DNA of 21,300 nt from the NCBI GenBank assembly GCA_034722055.1, contig JAYENL010000277.1:1-21300 (forward strand), in the 5' to 3' direction. The DNA comes from Armatimonadota bacterium (GTDB taxonomy: Bacteria > Armatimonadota > Zipacnadia > Zipacnadales > UBA5352). This document shows positions 1 through 9,000 of the stretch, in pieces. Each line of letters starts with the position of its first letter. Positions within the stretch are counted from its first letter, which is position 1. The notes below the pieces were generated by a model, which worked only from the letters and a program-made list of their open reading frames with translations, made no database searches and was not told where the DNA came from. A program made the translations under genes and the position numbers.

Positions 1-38
1 CCAAGATGCCGTGCCGTTGAGGGTGCGCTCGAACGACA

Positions 39-85
39 GTCGCGCTTCGCGCGACGGCTGGCCTAGGCAGGCCAGCCCTCCGTAC
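39..85. repeat. REP-like double hairpin element
   Basis: Two abutting perfect hairpins: GTCGCGC-ttc-GCGCGAC (39-55) and GGCTGGCCT-aggc-AGGCCAGCC (56-77). On the minus strand it reads GTACGGAGGG-CTGGCC..GGCCAG-CCG, a REP-like layout. Confidence 0.55.
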
Positions 86-220
86 GACACTGACCCGCAG
101 CGCCGCAACTGCGCGGGCCCATCCGTACGTAGCGTGGGGGCGGCCACCCAGCACTGCGCAGCCATTCTTGGTGGGTTACGGGCGTTCTCGCCTGCAACCG
201 ACAATCTGAGGCCACAACCG

Positions 221-295
221 GAGCAGGGTGCACAGGATGAACGGCTGAGCGCATCTGGTGTTGTCTTTGCCCTGCTCGTCCTGTCCATCCTGTTT
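221..295. repeat. Degenerate inverted repeat built from 9-nt ACAGGATGR-like units
   Basis: The left arm gagcagggtgcacaggatgaacgg (221-244) pairs imperfectly with the right arm gccctgctcgtcctgtccatcctgttt (269-295). Both arms show 9-nt periodicity. Confidence 0.55.
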
Positions 296-357
296 GAGGT
301 AGTCCATGGTCGTGCCACAAGCCGTGCAGGAGTTCGGTGCCCCGTACACAAATCACC

Positions 358-385
358 GGAATCAGGGGGCCCGGTGGAGCGTCAA
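358..385 (+). promoter_or_regulatory. Putative ECF sigma-dependent (autoregulatory) promoter
   Basis: GGAATC (358-363), 16-nt spacer, CGTCAA (380-385), directly upstream of an ECF sigma gene. Resembles the GGAAC/TGAAAC-N16-CGT ECF promoter pattern. Confidence 0.6.
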
Positions 386-408
386 TCCCATAGAAAGTGT
401 CCCTGTGC

Positions 409-966
409 ATGAACGATGCGGCGCTGATCCAGGCGGTCGAGGCGGCCCGGAATGGCGACGAGAGGGCCTATGAGGCGCTCTTTCGCGGGCACAAGGACAG
501 CGTCTACTCGCTGGCCATGCACTTCGCGGGCGACCCCGAGCTGGCCGCCGACCTCACCCAGGAGGCTTTTGTGCGAGCCTGGGAGCGGCTGCCGACGCTG
601 CGGGATCCGGCCGCCTTCAGCGGGTGGCTGCGGACCATGACGGTGAACCTGGTCCGCGACCACTTTCGCGGCGCGAGGGATGAGGAGGCGCTGGATGGGG
701 CCGACCCTCTGCCCAGCGGCGAGGATGGCCCGTCGCGGGCGGTGGAGCGCTCCGAGCAGGACCGGGCGGTCCGTGAGGCGGTGCTGCGGCTCCCAGAGCA
801 CCAGCGGACCGTGGTGACGATGCACCATCTTGAGGGCATCCCGGTGACCGAGATCGCTCGCATGCTGGGCCTGCCGAAGGGCACGGTGGTGTCGCGGCTG
901 GCGCGCGGCCGGGAGAACCTGCGCCGCAGGCTGGCGCCGTACATCGATAGCGCAGAGGAGAGATGA
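409..966 (+). CDS. ECF RNA polymerase sigma factor (sigma-70 family, RpoE/SigW-like)
   Basis: Region 2 motifs (AADLTQEAFVRAW, FSGWLRTMTVN) and region 4 HTH (EIARMLGLPKGTVVSRLARGR). ATG 409 chosen; GTG 397 is an alternative start. Confidence 0.95.
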   Translation: MNDAALIQAVEAARNGDERAYEALFRGHKDSVYSLAMHFAGDPELAADLTQEAFVRAWERLPTLRDPAAFSGWLRTMTVNLVRDHFRGARDEEALDGADPLPSGEDGPSRAVERSEQDRAVREAVLRLPEHQRTVVTMHHLEGIPVTEIARMLGLPKGTVVSRLARGRENLRRRLAPYIDSAEER

Positions 967-969
967 CGG

Positions 970-1446
970 GTGCGCTGCACGGAGGTTAGAGCCAGGCTGG
1001 CGGAGTACCAGCTCGGGGCGCTGGACGAGGCCGAGAGCGCCGCGGTGGAGCGCCACCTGCAGAGCTGCCCGGAGTGCCGCGCGGAGCTGGAGGCGCTGGA
1101 ACGGCTCGATGCGCTGTTGGAGCCGATGGAGCGCGTGGAGGCCCCGGCCGGTCTCTGGGCGGAGGTCCAGGCCCGCATGGCCCCGCGGCAGCGCGGCGTG
1201 TGGCGGTCGCTGGCCCAGTGGTGGCGCCAGTCCCCCCGCCCGGCGCTGGCTGCTGCGGCTGCGCTTGTCCTGGCCGTCGGCGGTCTCTGGCTGGCCCTTC
1301 GCTCGCCGGCCTCCGCCCCCACGGCTTCGACGCTGGCCTCGGAGTACCAGGAGCAGCAGATCGTAGCTCAGTGGTCGCAGCCGCTGGCGGACGACGCCGC
1401 GCTGGGAATGATGTTTGCCAGCCTCAACGGAGCTGAGGTGCAGTGA
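970..1446 (+). CDS. Zinc-binding (ZAS, zf-HC2) transmembrane anti-sigma factor
   Basis: N-terminal C..L..Y..G.L...E...VE.HLQSCPEC (HxxxCxxC) motif, one hydrophobic helix (ALAAAAALVLAVGGLWLAL), short C-terminal tail. Starts 3 nt after the sigma stop. Confidence 0.9.
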   Translation: MRCTEVRARLAEYQLGALDEAESAAVERHLQSCPECRAELEALERLDALLEPMERVEAPAGLWAEVQARMAPRQRGVWRSLAQWWRQSPRPALAAAAALVLAVGGLWLALRSPASAPTASTLASEYQEQQIVAQWSQPLADDAALGMMFASLNGAEVQ

Positions 1447-2495
1447 GGCCGGGAGCGTGGAAGATCGCCGCCGGCGTCGCCATCGCCGCCATCGCCGCCG
1501 TGGTGATTGCGACCGTCATGCGCCTCCAGGCACCGAGCGGTGACGCCATGGAGCTGGCGAGATCCGCCGCTGAGGCGCTCGGCACCGTGGCCGTGCGCGG
1601 CGTGGTAGTGACCGAGGTGCGGACGCCGAAGGGACTGACGAAGAGCAGGGCTCAGGTCCACCGCGGCGACGGCCACGTTCACATCGAGTATCTCTCCGGA
1701 CCGGCCGAGGGCATGGAGGTCCGCCGGCAGGAGGACATGGTGTGGGCCCGCGGGCCTCAGGGCCTCAGACGCCACGCCCAGGTGGGCGACGCCGGGTGGA
1801 GCGAGCGGCTGCTGGCGCGCAACTGGCAGTTCCGCGTGGTGGGGCGCGGAGAGGTTGCAGGCCGCACGGTGCGGATCATCGAGGGCTCCGGCCCCGGCGG
1901 CGGCGTGAGAGTGAGCGTGGACGAGCAGACGAGCTTCCCGCTGGCGATGCGCCGCACCGATACCAAGGGCCGCACCGTCAGCGCCACCACCTGGGAGGAG
2001 GCGGACTTCTCCGTGGAGCCGCCGCCGAAGGTGGAGCTGCCGGAGCCCGCCGAGCATGTCAAGCGAGGCAGGCGGCGTCACGCCATGGCGCTGGCCGACG
2101 TGCGCGCGGAGGTCACCTTCACGCTTCTGCGCCCGGAGTGGTTGCCTGAGGGCTTCAGCGATGAGCAGTGGTTCCTCCACGATCGCCCCCGCAGCCCGAT
2201 CGTCGAACTCCGCTACACCGATGGCCTCAGGCCGCTGCTGGTCATACAGCGCAAGGCGCGGAGAGACAGACCGGCCTCGGAGATGGCCGGGCCGCGGGGC
2301 CCCCGGTGGTCTCGCACCCCCCGGGACGGCCACGAGCCTCGCGGCCGCCGCGGCCACGGCCGAATGCGCCGGCTGCGCGGAGCCGGCGGCGATGCCGTGC
2401 AGCGTGAGGTGGACGGGACCATGGCCGTGGTGGCGGGCCCGCTCTCCGCTGCTGAGCTGGAGCGTATCGCCGACAGCCTGCAGCCCGTGCAGTGA
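1443..2495 (+). CDS. MucB/RseB-like (LolA-fold) extracytoplasmic sigma-regulatory protein
   Basis: GTGA overlap with the anti-sigma stop. N-terminal anchor, RseB/LolA-like motifs (HIEYLSGP, GRGEVAGRTVRII, VDEQTSFPLAM) and a C-terminal domain with PEWLPEGF ... ELRYTDGLRPLLVIQ ... GPLSAAELERIADSL. Confidence 0.8.
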   Translation: MRPGAWKIAAGVAIAAIAAVVIATVMRLQAPSGDAMELARSAAEALGTVAVRGVVVTEVRTPKGLTKSRAQVHRGDGHVHIEYLSGPAEGMEVRRQEDMVWARGPQGLRRHAQVGDAGWSERLLARNWQFRVVGRGEVAGRTVRIIEGSGPGGGVRVSVDEQTSFPLAMRRTDTKGRTVSATTWEEADFSVEPPPKVELPEPAEHVKRGRRRHAMALADVRAEVTFTLLRPEWLPEGFSDEQWFLHDRPRSPIVELRYTDGLRPLLVIQRKARRDRPASEMAGPRGPRWSRTPRDGHEPRGRRGHGRMRRLRGAGGDAVQREVDGTMAVVAGPLSAAELERIADSLQPVQ

Positions 2496-2616
2496 GTGCA
2501 GAGATATGTCCGCCCGGGCTCACTTGATGCATGGTCACATTCGTGCAGGAGTCCGCGCACCTCCGGCAAACCACTATACAATCTTCGCACCAATCCGAGA
2601 CTGCGAGGTGGCAGCG

Positions 2617-3177
2617 ATGAGGACGCGCGGATGGATGCTGCTGACGGTGGCGGTAACCGCAGCGCTGGTCCTGGTGGGCTGCGGAGGCGACGGCCTCGTT
2701 CAGCCCCCGGACGGCGGTGCCAACGGCGACGGCGGAGACGGGGCAGCGGACTTCGACGCGGCCAGCTACGACGGCACCTGGGCGGGCAACTGGGAGAACC
2801 AGACCTTCTCCAGCACAGGGTCAGCGTCGGCCGAGATTGACGTGGACGAGGCAGGGGGCACCGTGGACATCACCCTGGACCTGGGCGGGAACGTGCTCGG
2901 TGGGTCAGATCCAGCCCCAATCAACCTCAGCGGCACCTTCGACGACACCGGCTTCAGCCTGGATCAGAACGTGGCGGTCCTCGGCGATCTGAGCATCACA
3001 ATCGATGCGGACGGCAACATCGCCGGCAGTGCAACGAACCTGCCCAGCGCGGGCATTGAGCGCGTGGACTTCACCGGCACTCGCAGCGGCGACACCATGA
3101 CCGTCAGCTACACCGTGACGTTCGCCGGCGATAGCGCAACCGCGACCGGGACACTGACGCTCGACCTGCAGCCCTGA
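2617..3177 (+). CDS. Hypothetical acidic beta-rich lipoprotein
   Basis: SD GAGGTG (2605-2610) and ATG 2617. Signal peptide with lipobox LVGC, Gly/Asp linker, then alternating-residue beta strands (YDGTWAGNW...). 186 aa. Confidence 0.85.
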   Translation: MRTRGWMLLTVAVTAALVLVGCGGDGLVQPPDGGANGDGGDGAADFDAASYDGTWAGNWENQTFSSTGSASAEIDVDEAGGTVDITLDLGGNVLGGSDPAPINLSGTFDDTGFSLDQNVAVLGDLSITIDADGNIAGSATNLPSAGIERVDFTGTRSGDTMTVSYTVTFAGDSATATGTLTLDLQP

Positions 3178-3195
3178 CCGCGCATCCACGGCGGC

Positions 3196-3243
3196 GGCCG
3201 CCACCACCGGACTGCATCGCGCAGTCTCCGGAGCCTGGCGGCC
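3196..3243. terminator. GC-rich stem-loop between convergent genes (possible terminator)
   Basis: GGCCGCCA (3196-3203) pairs with TGGCGGCC (3236-3243), enclosing a CCGGACTGC/GCAGTCTCCGG inner stem. No clear U-tract. Confidence 0.4.
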
Positions 3244-3248
3244 GGCCC

Positions 3249-4784
3249 TTACCCCTCGCGAAGGTAGTCGAGATACCCCCAGCGGAAGTCCTCGAGCTCT
3301 GTGACTCGTCGCTTCGTCTCCTTCAGCCGAGCGCTGACGCGCTCGTTCTCCTCCACGAGCATCTGGAGCTTCTCAGGATCGGCGAGCGCGTCGCCTGTCC
3401 GCTCCTGCCAGGCATCAAGCTCTGAGCTGAGCCGCTCGCGTACCGGCGCGAGCTGCGGGTCCTCGGCCAGGTTCGTGAACTCGTGGGGGTCCTCCGCCAG
3501 GTCGTAGAGCTCCTCAGGGGGAGGATTGCGCCAGGTCTGATAGGCTGCCCGGACCTGGGGCGCCGCCGCGTCGATTTCCTCCTGGGTAGTACCCGTATCA
3601 ACCAGCGCCTGCGACGTGTAGTACTTCTCGATGGGGCTGCGCGTGTCGGGGAGAAGCGTCCGGATCAGCTTGTACCGCTCATCCCGCACCGATCGCTGCG
3701 GGAACAGCAGCGTGGGAGGAGGATACGGGTGGCTGGTGTTCCACTCCGCGAAGAGATATCGCCGCCACTGAGTCTGCTCTCCCCTCGCCAGCGGCCTCAG
3801 CGACCGCCCGGGCAGCGCAGGCGGGGCCTCCGCACCGAGGGCGTCGAGGATCGCGGGCAGGATGTCGATGGCCGAGACCAGTTCGTCGCGCACCTGTCCG
3901 GCCGGTGCTTCGGGCCAGCGAACGATCATCGGCACCTGCAGCGCCAGCTCGTAGACCGCGCACTTGCCGCGCGAGAACTGCGGGCCATGGTCGCCGAGGA
4001 AGATGATCAGCGTGTCACCGTCGCGGCCGGCAGCGGTAAGCTGGGCCAGCAGCAGCCCGATCCCCTCGTCCAGGCGCTTGATGCAGTTGTAGTAGTTCGC
4101 CACGTGCCCGCGCAGCCTGGGCGTGTCCACCCCGAGGGCTGGCAGCGCCCTCACATCGTCCGGCCCCAACGGCTCGGCTGGCAGGCCGTGGTCCTGGCGG
4201 ATGAAGGGCAGGTGCGCATCCGGGTAGTTCACCATCAGGAAGAAGGGCTGCGCTGAGTCTGCGATGAAGTCGCCGGCGACCTCCGCGATCCGCTCCACGT
4301 CCCGGTGCTGGAAGCTGATGCTCCTGCCCTCGCGCCACACGTAATCGAAGGGGAATACCGATGACGGGTTGACGTGCAGCTTCCCGAGTATCCCCGTTCG
4401 GTAGCCGATCTGCTTGAGCAGTCCGGGGATGTTCGCATACTCCTCGAACATCGCATAGCGGTGCGTCGCCAGCCCGATCTGCCCGTGCTGGTGCGGATGG
4501 AGGCCGGTCAGGATGCTCGCCCGCGACGGGCTGCAGACGGCCTGCGTCACGTAGGCGTTCGTGAACCGCGCTCCGCTCTCAGCCAGCCGGTCCAGGTGCG
4601 GCGTCGAGATCGTCTCATCGCCGTAGGAGCTCAGTTGCGGTCCCATATCCTCGGCCGTGATCAGCAGCACGTTCGGGCCATCACTGCCAGTCTCTGCGCC
4701 TCGCGACGGCCCGCTCTGCGCTCCGACGAGTCCCATCGACGCGACGCCGGCACCCAGCATTTGCAGGAACCTCCGCCTCTTCAT
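3249..4784 (-). CDS. Tat-exported formylglycine-dependent (S1) sulfatase, sulfamidase/SGSH-like
   Basis: Start ATG 4784 with a GGGAG SD. Twin-arginine signal MKRRRFLQ. Motifs PNVLLITAEDMG, CSPSRASILTG (CxPxR), GKLH, GDHG, ELYDLAEDPHE. 511 aa. Confidence 0.93.
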   Translation of the reverse strand: MKRRRFLQMLGAGVASMGLVGAQSGPSRGAETGSDGPNVLLITAEDMGPQLSSYGDETISTPHLDRLAESGARFTNAYVTQAVCSPSRASILTGLHPHQHGQIGLATHRYAMFEEYANIPGLLKQIGYRTGILGKLHVNPSSVFPFDYVWREGRSISFQHRDVERIAEVAGDFIADSAQPFFLMVNYPDAHLPFIRQDHGLPAEPLGPDDVRALPALGVDTPRLRGHVANYYNCIKRLDEGIGLLLAQLTAAGRDGDTLIIFLGDHGPQFSRGKCAVYELALQVPMIVRWPEAPAGQVRDELVSAIDILPAILDALGAEAPPALPGRSLRPLARGEQTQWRRYLFAEWNTSHPYPPPTLLFPQRSVRDERYKLIRTLLPDTRSPIEKYYTSQALVDTGTTQEEIDAAAPQVRAAYQTWRNPPPEELYDLAEDPHEFTNLAEDPQLAPVRERLSSELDAWQERTGDALADPEKLQMLVEENERVSARLKETKRRVTELEDFRWGYLDYLREG

Positions 4785-4857
4785 TGTCGCTCCCGTCGCT
4801 CCTGGGCCTGTGGCCCGGAGCCCGGTGGTCATTCGCTGTCGCCACCAGTGAGGGATG

Positions 4858-6030
4858 CTACCCGGCGGCCTTGCGCAGCCAGCTCGCCGCCGCCCGTGCC
4901 ACACGCCGGCCGATTTCGCGGTACCCCTCCGGCGTAAGGGTTTCGCCGGCCAGCCGCTGGTAGCTGGTTTCAACGGTGATCGCGGGGGTCTGATCGAGGT
5001 GGTCCCAGGCCCACGATCCCGCCGTCGCCATGGCGTTCCAGCGACTGGCGTAGGTGGTGGCGCGGGCGGTGGCCTCCGGCTCCAGCTCGGGGAAGGCCGC
5101 GGCAAGCTCCGCGGCGATCCCGCGCGCCGCCTCCTGCTGCTCCTCCGGCCGCTGCTCGCGCGGCAGTTGGGCGTAGACGTCGGCGGTGCTGTGTCCCGGC
5201 GCGTGCAGGTCCAGCAGCAGCCTCGGCTCGGCCCGCTCCGCGAACCGCAGCAGGTCGCGTTGGATGGCCTGCACCTCCGGGCGCATGGGCAGCGGCTCCC
5301 AGGCGCGGTTGAAGTCCCAGGGGAGGGCGTCCTTGCCATAGTCGCCATTCACTACGCCATCGAGGTCAACGAAGGGCACCGCCCAGCACTCCACGTCCTG
5401 CCGGATGGCCCGCGCCTCGTCGGAGTCGCCGGCCAGCAGGCGGAGGATGCCGTCGAGCACCCACGAGCCCGGCGTCTCCCCGGCGTGCTGTCGAGCCAGC
5501 AGGTAGAGGCCCGGTCGCGGCGCCTCCTCGTCGGCCTCCTCGTCCGCCTCCAGCCGCAGACGCATCAGCTTCCGGCCCTCCGCGGTGATCCCGATGGGGC
5601 TGGCGCTCCAGGCGTCGCCCACGTCCGTGAGGGCCGCCTCCAGCTCCGGCGGCCCGTAGGGGTAGCAGAACGCCACCGCCACCGTCTCGGCGCCGCCGGG
5701 ATGTTCGAAGCGCACCTGCCGGCGTCCGTCCGGCAGGCTCACGACCTCCACGCTCTCGCTGCGCTGCCAGGAGCCGCCGTCCGCCCGCAGCACCGGCCGC
5801 AGCAGGTGCAGCTCGCTGCGATTGCCCAGTGCCAGGTCGGCGTTCTCCCACCCGAAGACCACCGGGGCGCCCTGCAGGCCGCTGACCTCGATGTGGAACC
5901 ACAGGGGCTGGGGACTCGTGCGAGGCTCGGAGGCGAAGATGACCTCCCAGCTCTCGCTCTGCCTGGCGATACTGATGATCGCGCCGTTGCCGCTGTGTTG
6001 CGCGGGCCCTGCCCGCGGGGCCTCACTCAT
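4858..6030 (-). CDS. M14 zinc carboxypeptidase, cytosolic carboxypeptidase (Nna1/CCP)-like
   Basis: N-terminal WFHIEV and FCYPYG motifs. Zinc and catalytic motifs RQHAGE (HxxE), DGVVNG, DFNRAW, LDLH, TVET. ATG 6030 with GGAG SD (ATG 6045 is an alternative). No signal peptide. Confidence 0.88.
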   Translation of the reverse strand: MSEAPRAGPAQHSGNGAIISIARQSESWEVIFASEPRTSPQPLWFHIEVSGLQGAPVVFGWENADLALGNRSELHLLRPVLRADGGSWQRSESVEVVSLPDGRRQVRFEHPGGAETVAVAFCYPYGPPELEAALTDVGDAWSASPIGITAEGRKLMRLRLEADEEADEEAPRPGLYLLARQHAGETPGSWVLDGILRLLAGDSDEARAIRQDVECWAVPFVDLDGVVNGDYGKDALPWDFNRAWEPLPMRPEVQAIQRDLLRFAERAEPRLLLDLHAPGHSTADVYAQLPREQRPEEQQEAARGIAAELAAAFPELEPEATARATTYASRWNAMATAGSWAWDHLDQTPAITVETSYQRLAGETLTPEGYREIGRRVARAAASWLRKAAG

Positions 6031-6064
6031 TGCGGATCGCTCCATGTGCGATGTGACTGCGCGC

Positions 6065-9000
6065 TCAGGGCGCGAACGCGTTCGAGAGTGCCACCTTCTG
6101 CAGCATGACGTCGGTGCCACCCGGAAGCTCCACCGTCATCTGATGCGCGCCGCCCTGCAGCTCCACGGCCGCCTGCTCGCCCCCCGCCATCAGCGGCGCC
6201 CACGCCCAGCCCTGGTGTGGCTCCACCGCCAGCGCGCCGACCTCCTCGCCGTCGATGCGCACAGGCAGCGAGACCTCGGCCTCCTGCGACTTCGCCCGCG
6301 CCAGCAGCCGCCAGGTATCGGCGAAGGGCACCTCGATGCTCACCGTCGCCGAGCCGGCCTCATTCGGCGCCGCCACCGCCTGCCAGCCGTCGAGGATGTC
6401 CTCCTCCTCGACCCGAGCCCCGCCGGAAAGCTGCGCCCCGGTCAGCTCAACGGCCGGCCAGGCATACGTGTCGCGCGGCGCTGTGTCCGCAGGGACGATG
6501 GCCACGTCGTCGAGGTACATCAGCACGTCCTGGGGCTCGTGCGTCTCGGTGTTGACCGCGATGTAGGCCGCGTCAGTGCCCTCCGGCACCGTGAACTCCG
6601 TCTGCAGGAGCTGCCACGTCTTCATCCGCGAGAGGTCATACTCGTTGGTGGGAAAGGACCTCTGGGTCACGCCCCTGCTGCGCACCGACACCCGCGCCGT
6701 GGGTGGCGGCGCCTCCTCGCCGATCTCGTCCACGCGCAGCCAGAGCTGCAGCCGGTAGGTCTCGCCGGGCGCCAGCGACATGATCTCCCAGGGCGGCCCG
6801 CAGGCGTAGTGCGTCACGAAGTACTCGTTCTGGCCCTCGATGGTGCCGGAGGCCATGGCCGCGCCGTTGCCGGTGTGAGTGACCTCACTGGTGTGCGACA
6901 GCCCCAGGCCGCTGCGCACCCGCCAGCCCTCCGTGCCTCGCTCCAAGTCGGGGTTGGGCACGATGCACGGCAGCGGGCGCCGGCCCGGGTCCCGCGCCGC
7001 CGCCAGCAGCGCCTCGATCATCTCGTCCAGCGACGGCCCCGGGAACCGCGAGATCTCGTAGATGGCCATCGGCGCCAAGCATGTCCCGTAGCCAATGGTC
7101 TTGCCATGGGCGCCGCCGGCGAAGGCCACCAGGGCGCGCACGAAACAGTTGCGCGTGATCTCCATCAGCCGCTCGTCGCCGGAGTAATTGGCCGCGAAGC
7201 CCAGTCCGTTGCCCATGATCAGGGGGCTGGTCGTCGAGATGCTCGTCTTGGGGCAGGAGGTGTAGCGGAAGTTGCCCTGCCTCGGCTCGTAGAGGCTCTC
7301 CACCAGCCAGTTGGCGATCTTCACGATCCGCTGCGCGACCTCCTCATCGCCCGTCGCGATGTAGAAGTACTTCAGAGCGGTCATCAGCACCCCGGCCATG
7401 AAGCCCGCCTCGCCGTAGTGCTTCTCCTCGCACCGGCAGTGCCCGCCGCCCAGCTTGTGCACCCACAGCCCGGCCTCCGGATCGGCCTTCTCCTGGACCT
7501 CCTCGTAGATCAGGCGCATGGCGTTGAGGTAGTACTCATCGTAGGTGGCGAAGTAGGTGGACATGGCGATGATGCCCATCCACCCCGGCACGCGGGCGTT
7601 CCCGTAGCCGAAGTCCACGGTGTCGGGGCCGGCCACCCAGTCGGCGAGCTGCATAGCGGCACGATGCACCTGCTCGTCGCCGGTCAGCAGCCAGTACTGG
7701 AGGTTGCCCTGGTTCCACATGTGCCCCTCGTTCTCGCAGTAGCCCTGGGCGTAGATGGACATGTCCATGTAGTCGTAGGGGTAGTAGCCGCCGGTGTGGC
7801 CCATGCAGTGCACCCACGCCGGTCCCACCCGCCTGGGCCCTCCCGGCCCGGCCTTCTGGCCCGCCGCGTGATGCACGATATCCACATCGGCATTATGCCG
7901 CGCCGCATCCTCCGCCACCTCAAAGAACCGCCGGTCTCCGGTCCGGAAGTACTGGGTGAAGAGCGCCTGCTGCAGATCGTACTCAATGTTCCCCCAGTTG
8001 TTCCCGCGCTCGCCATACCAGTCGCCGAAGTTCATCAGGCCATACCAGTGCTCCCGCTCGCGGACCTCCACGAAGCCGTCGATGGCGTCGCTGAGGATGT
8101 CGTTGTAGGCCTCGAACTCGCCCTCCGCTGCAGCGATGTTGTGCAGCGCACCGGAGGAGGTGTACCACTCCGGCGCGGCGGTCACCACCAACGGCTGCTG
8201 CACCCGAGCCAGCATCTGCTCGGTGGAGGCGGCCTCGGCCGGCCCGATGAGCAGCTCGTGGCGCTTCTCGAAGCCCGCCCGGAAGGTGTAGCTGCCATCG
8301 CGCAGGTAGTAGTAGAGGATGTGCTCATCCGGCCGGTCGGCGTAGCGATCCTGCGGCGTAATGCGCGGATACAGGCCCACCGCCAGCGCGCCATCCTGGG
8401 CCTCCAGGCTCTTCGGCCAGTTCTGCCAGAAGTCGCGGACCGCCACCGCCAGGCCACTCATGGTGGCGAGGCCGGCGGCGCGGGTCCCCTCGGCGTCCGG
8501 CAGCTCATACGCGTTGTCCTCGTACTGGAAGAGGCGCTCACCCGGGGCGATCTGTGCGCTCTGGCCGTCCTCGAGCACGACGGCGGCGGATTCGCCCATC
8601 GTCTGGAAGACGAGGTCCAGCGAGCGAAAGGACTTCATCTCATCCCCGTATTCCATGTCGGCAGAGACGATGTCGTGCTGCAGGACGTGGTCGATGCGCA
8701 CCAACGGATCCCCCGCGCGGACGAAGTAGCGCAGCTCGAAGCCGAAGTGGGGCTCGTTTTGCTCGTTGACGTGGTGGCCGCGTGCGAGGATGACCGTGCG
8801 CTGCGGGCCGTGTTCCTCGATCTCCACGCTCTCGACCCGACCGGTGAAGACCGTGCCGTCGGCGGCGGTCAGCCGCGATACCGGCAGCGGGCAGTTGATG
8901 CCTTCGGGCCGGCTGATCATGCCTGTGCCGTGCGCCCGGTAGATCTGCAGCCTCGTATCAGTGCCCCCTGCGGTGACCTCGAACAGGGCGTCGGTCTCGC

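Noticed and set aside
11..412. Short ORFs 11-412 (+) and 63-410 (-)
   Set aside because: No SD, atypical composition, and they run through palindromic repeats and the ECF promoter.
4785..5348. N-terminal extension of the sulfatase in the ORF track (699 aa)
   Set aside because: It overlaps the carboxypeptidase gene in another frame. The Tat signal and SD define ATG 4784.
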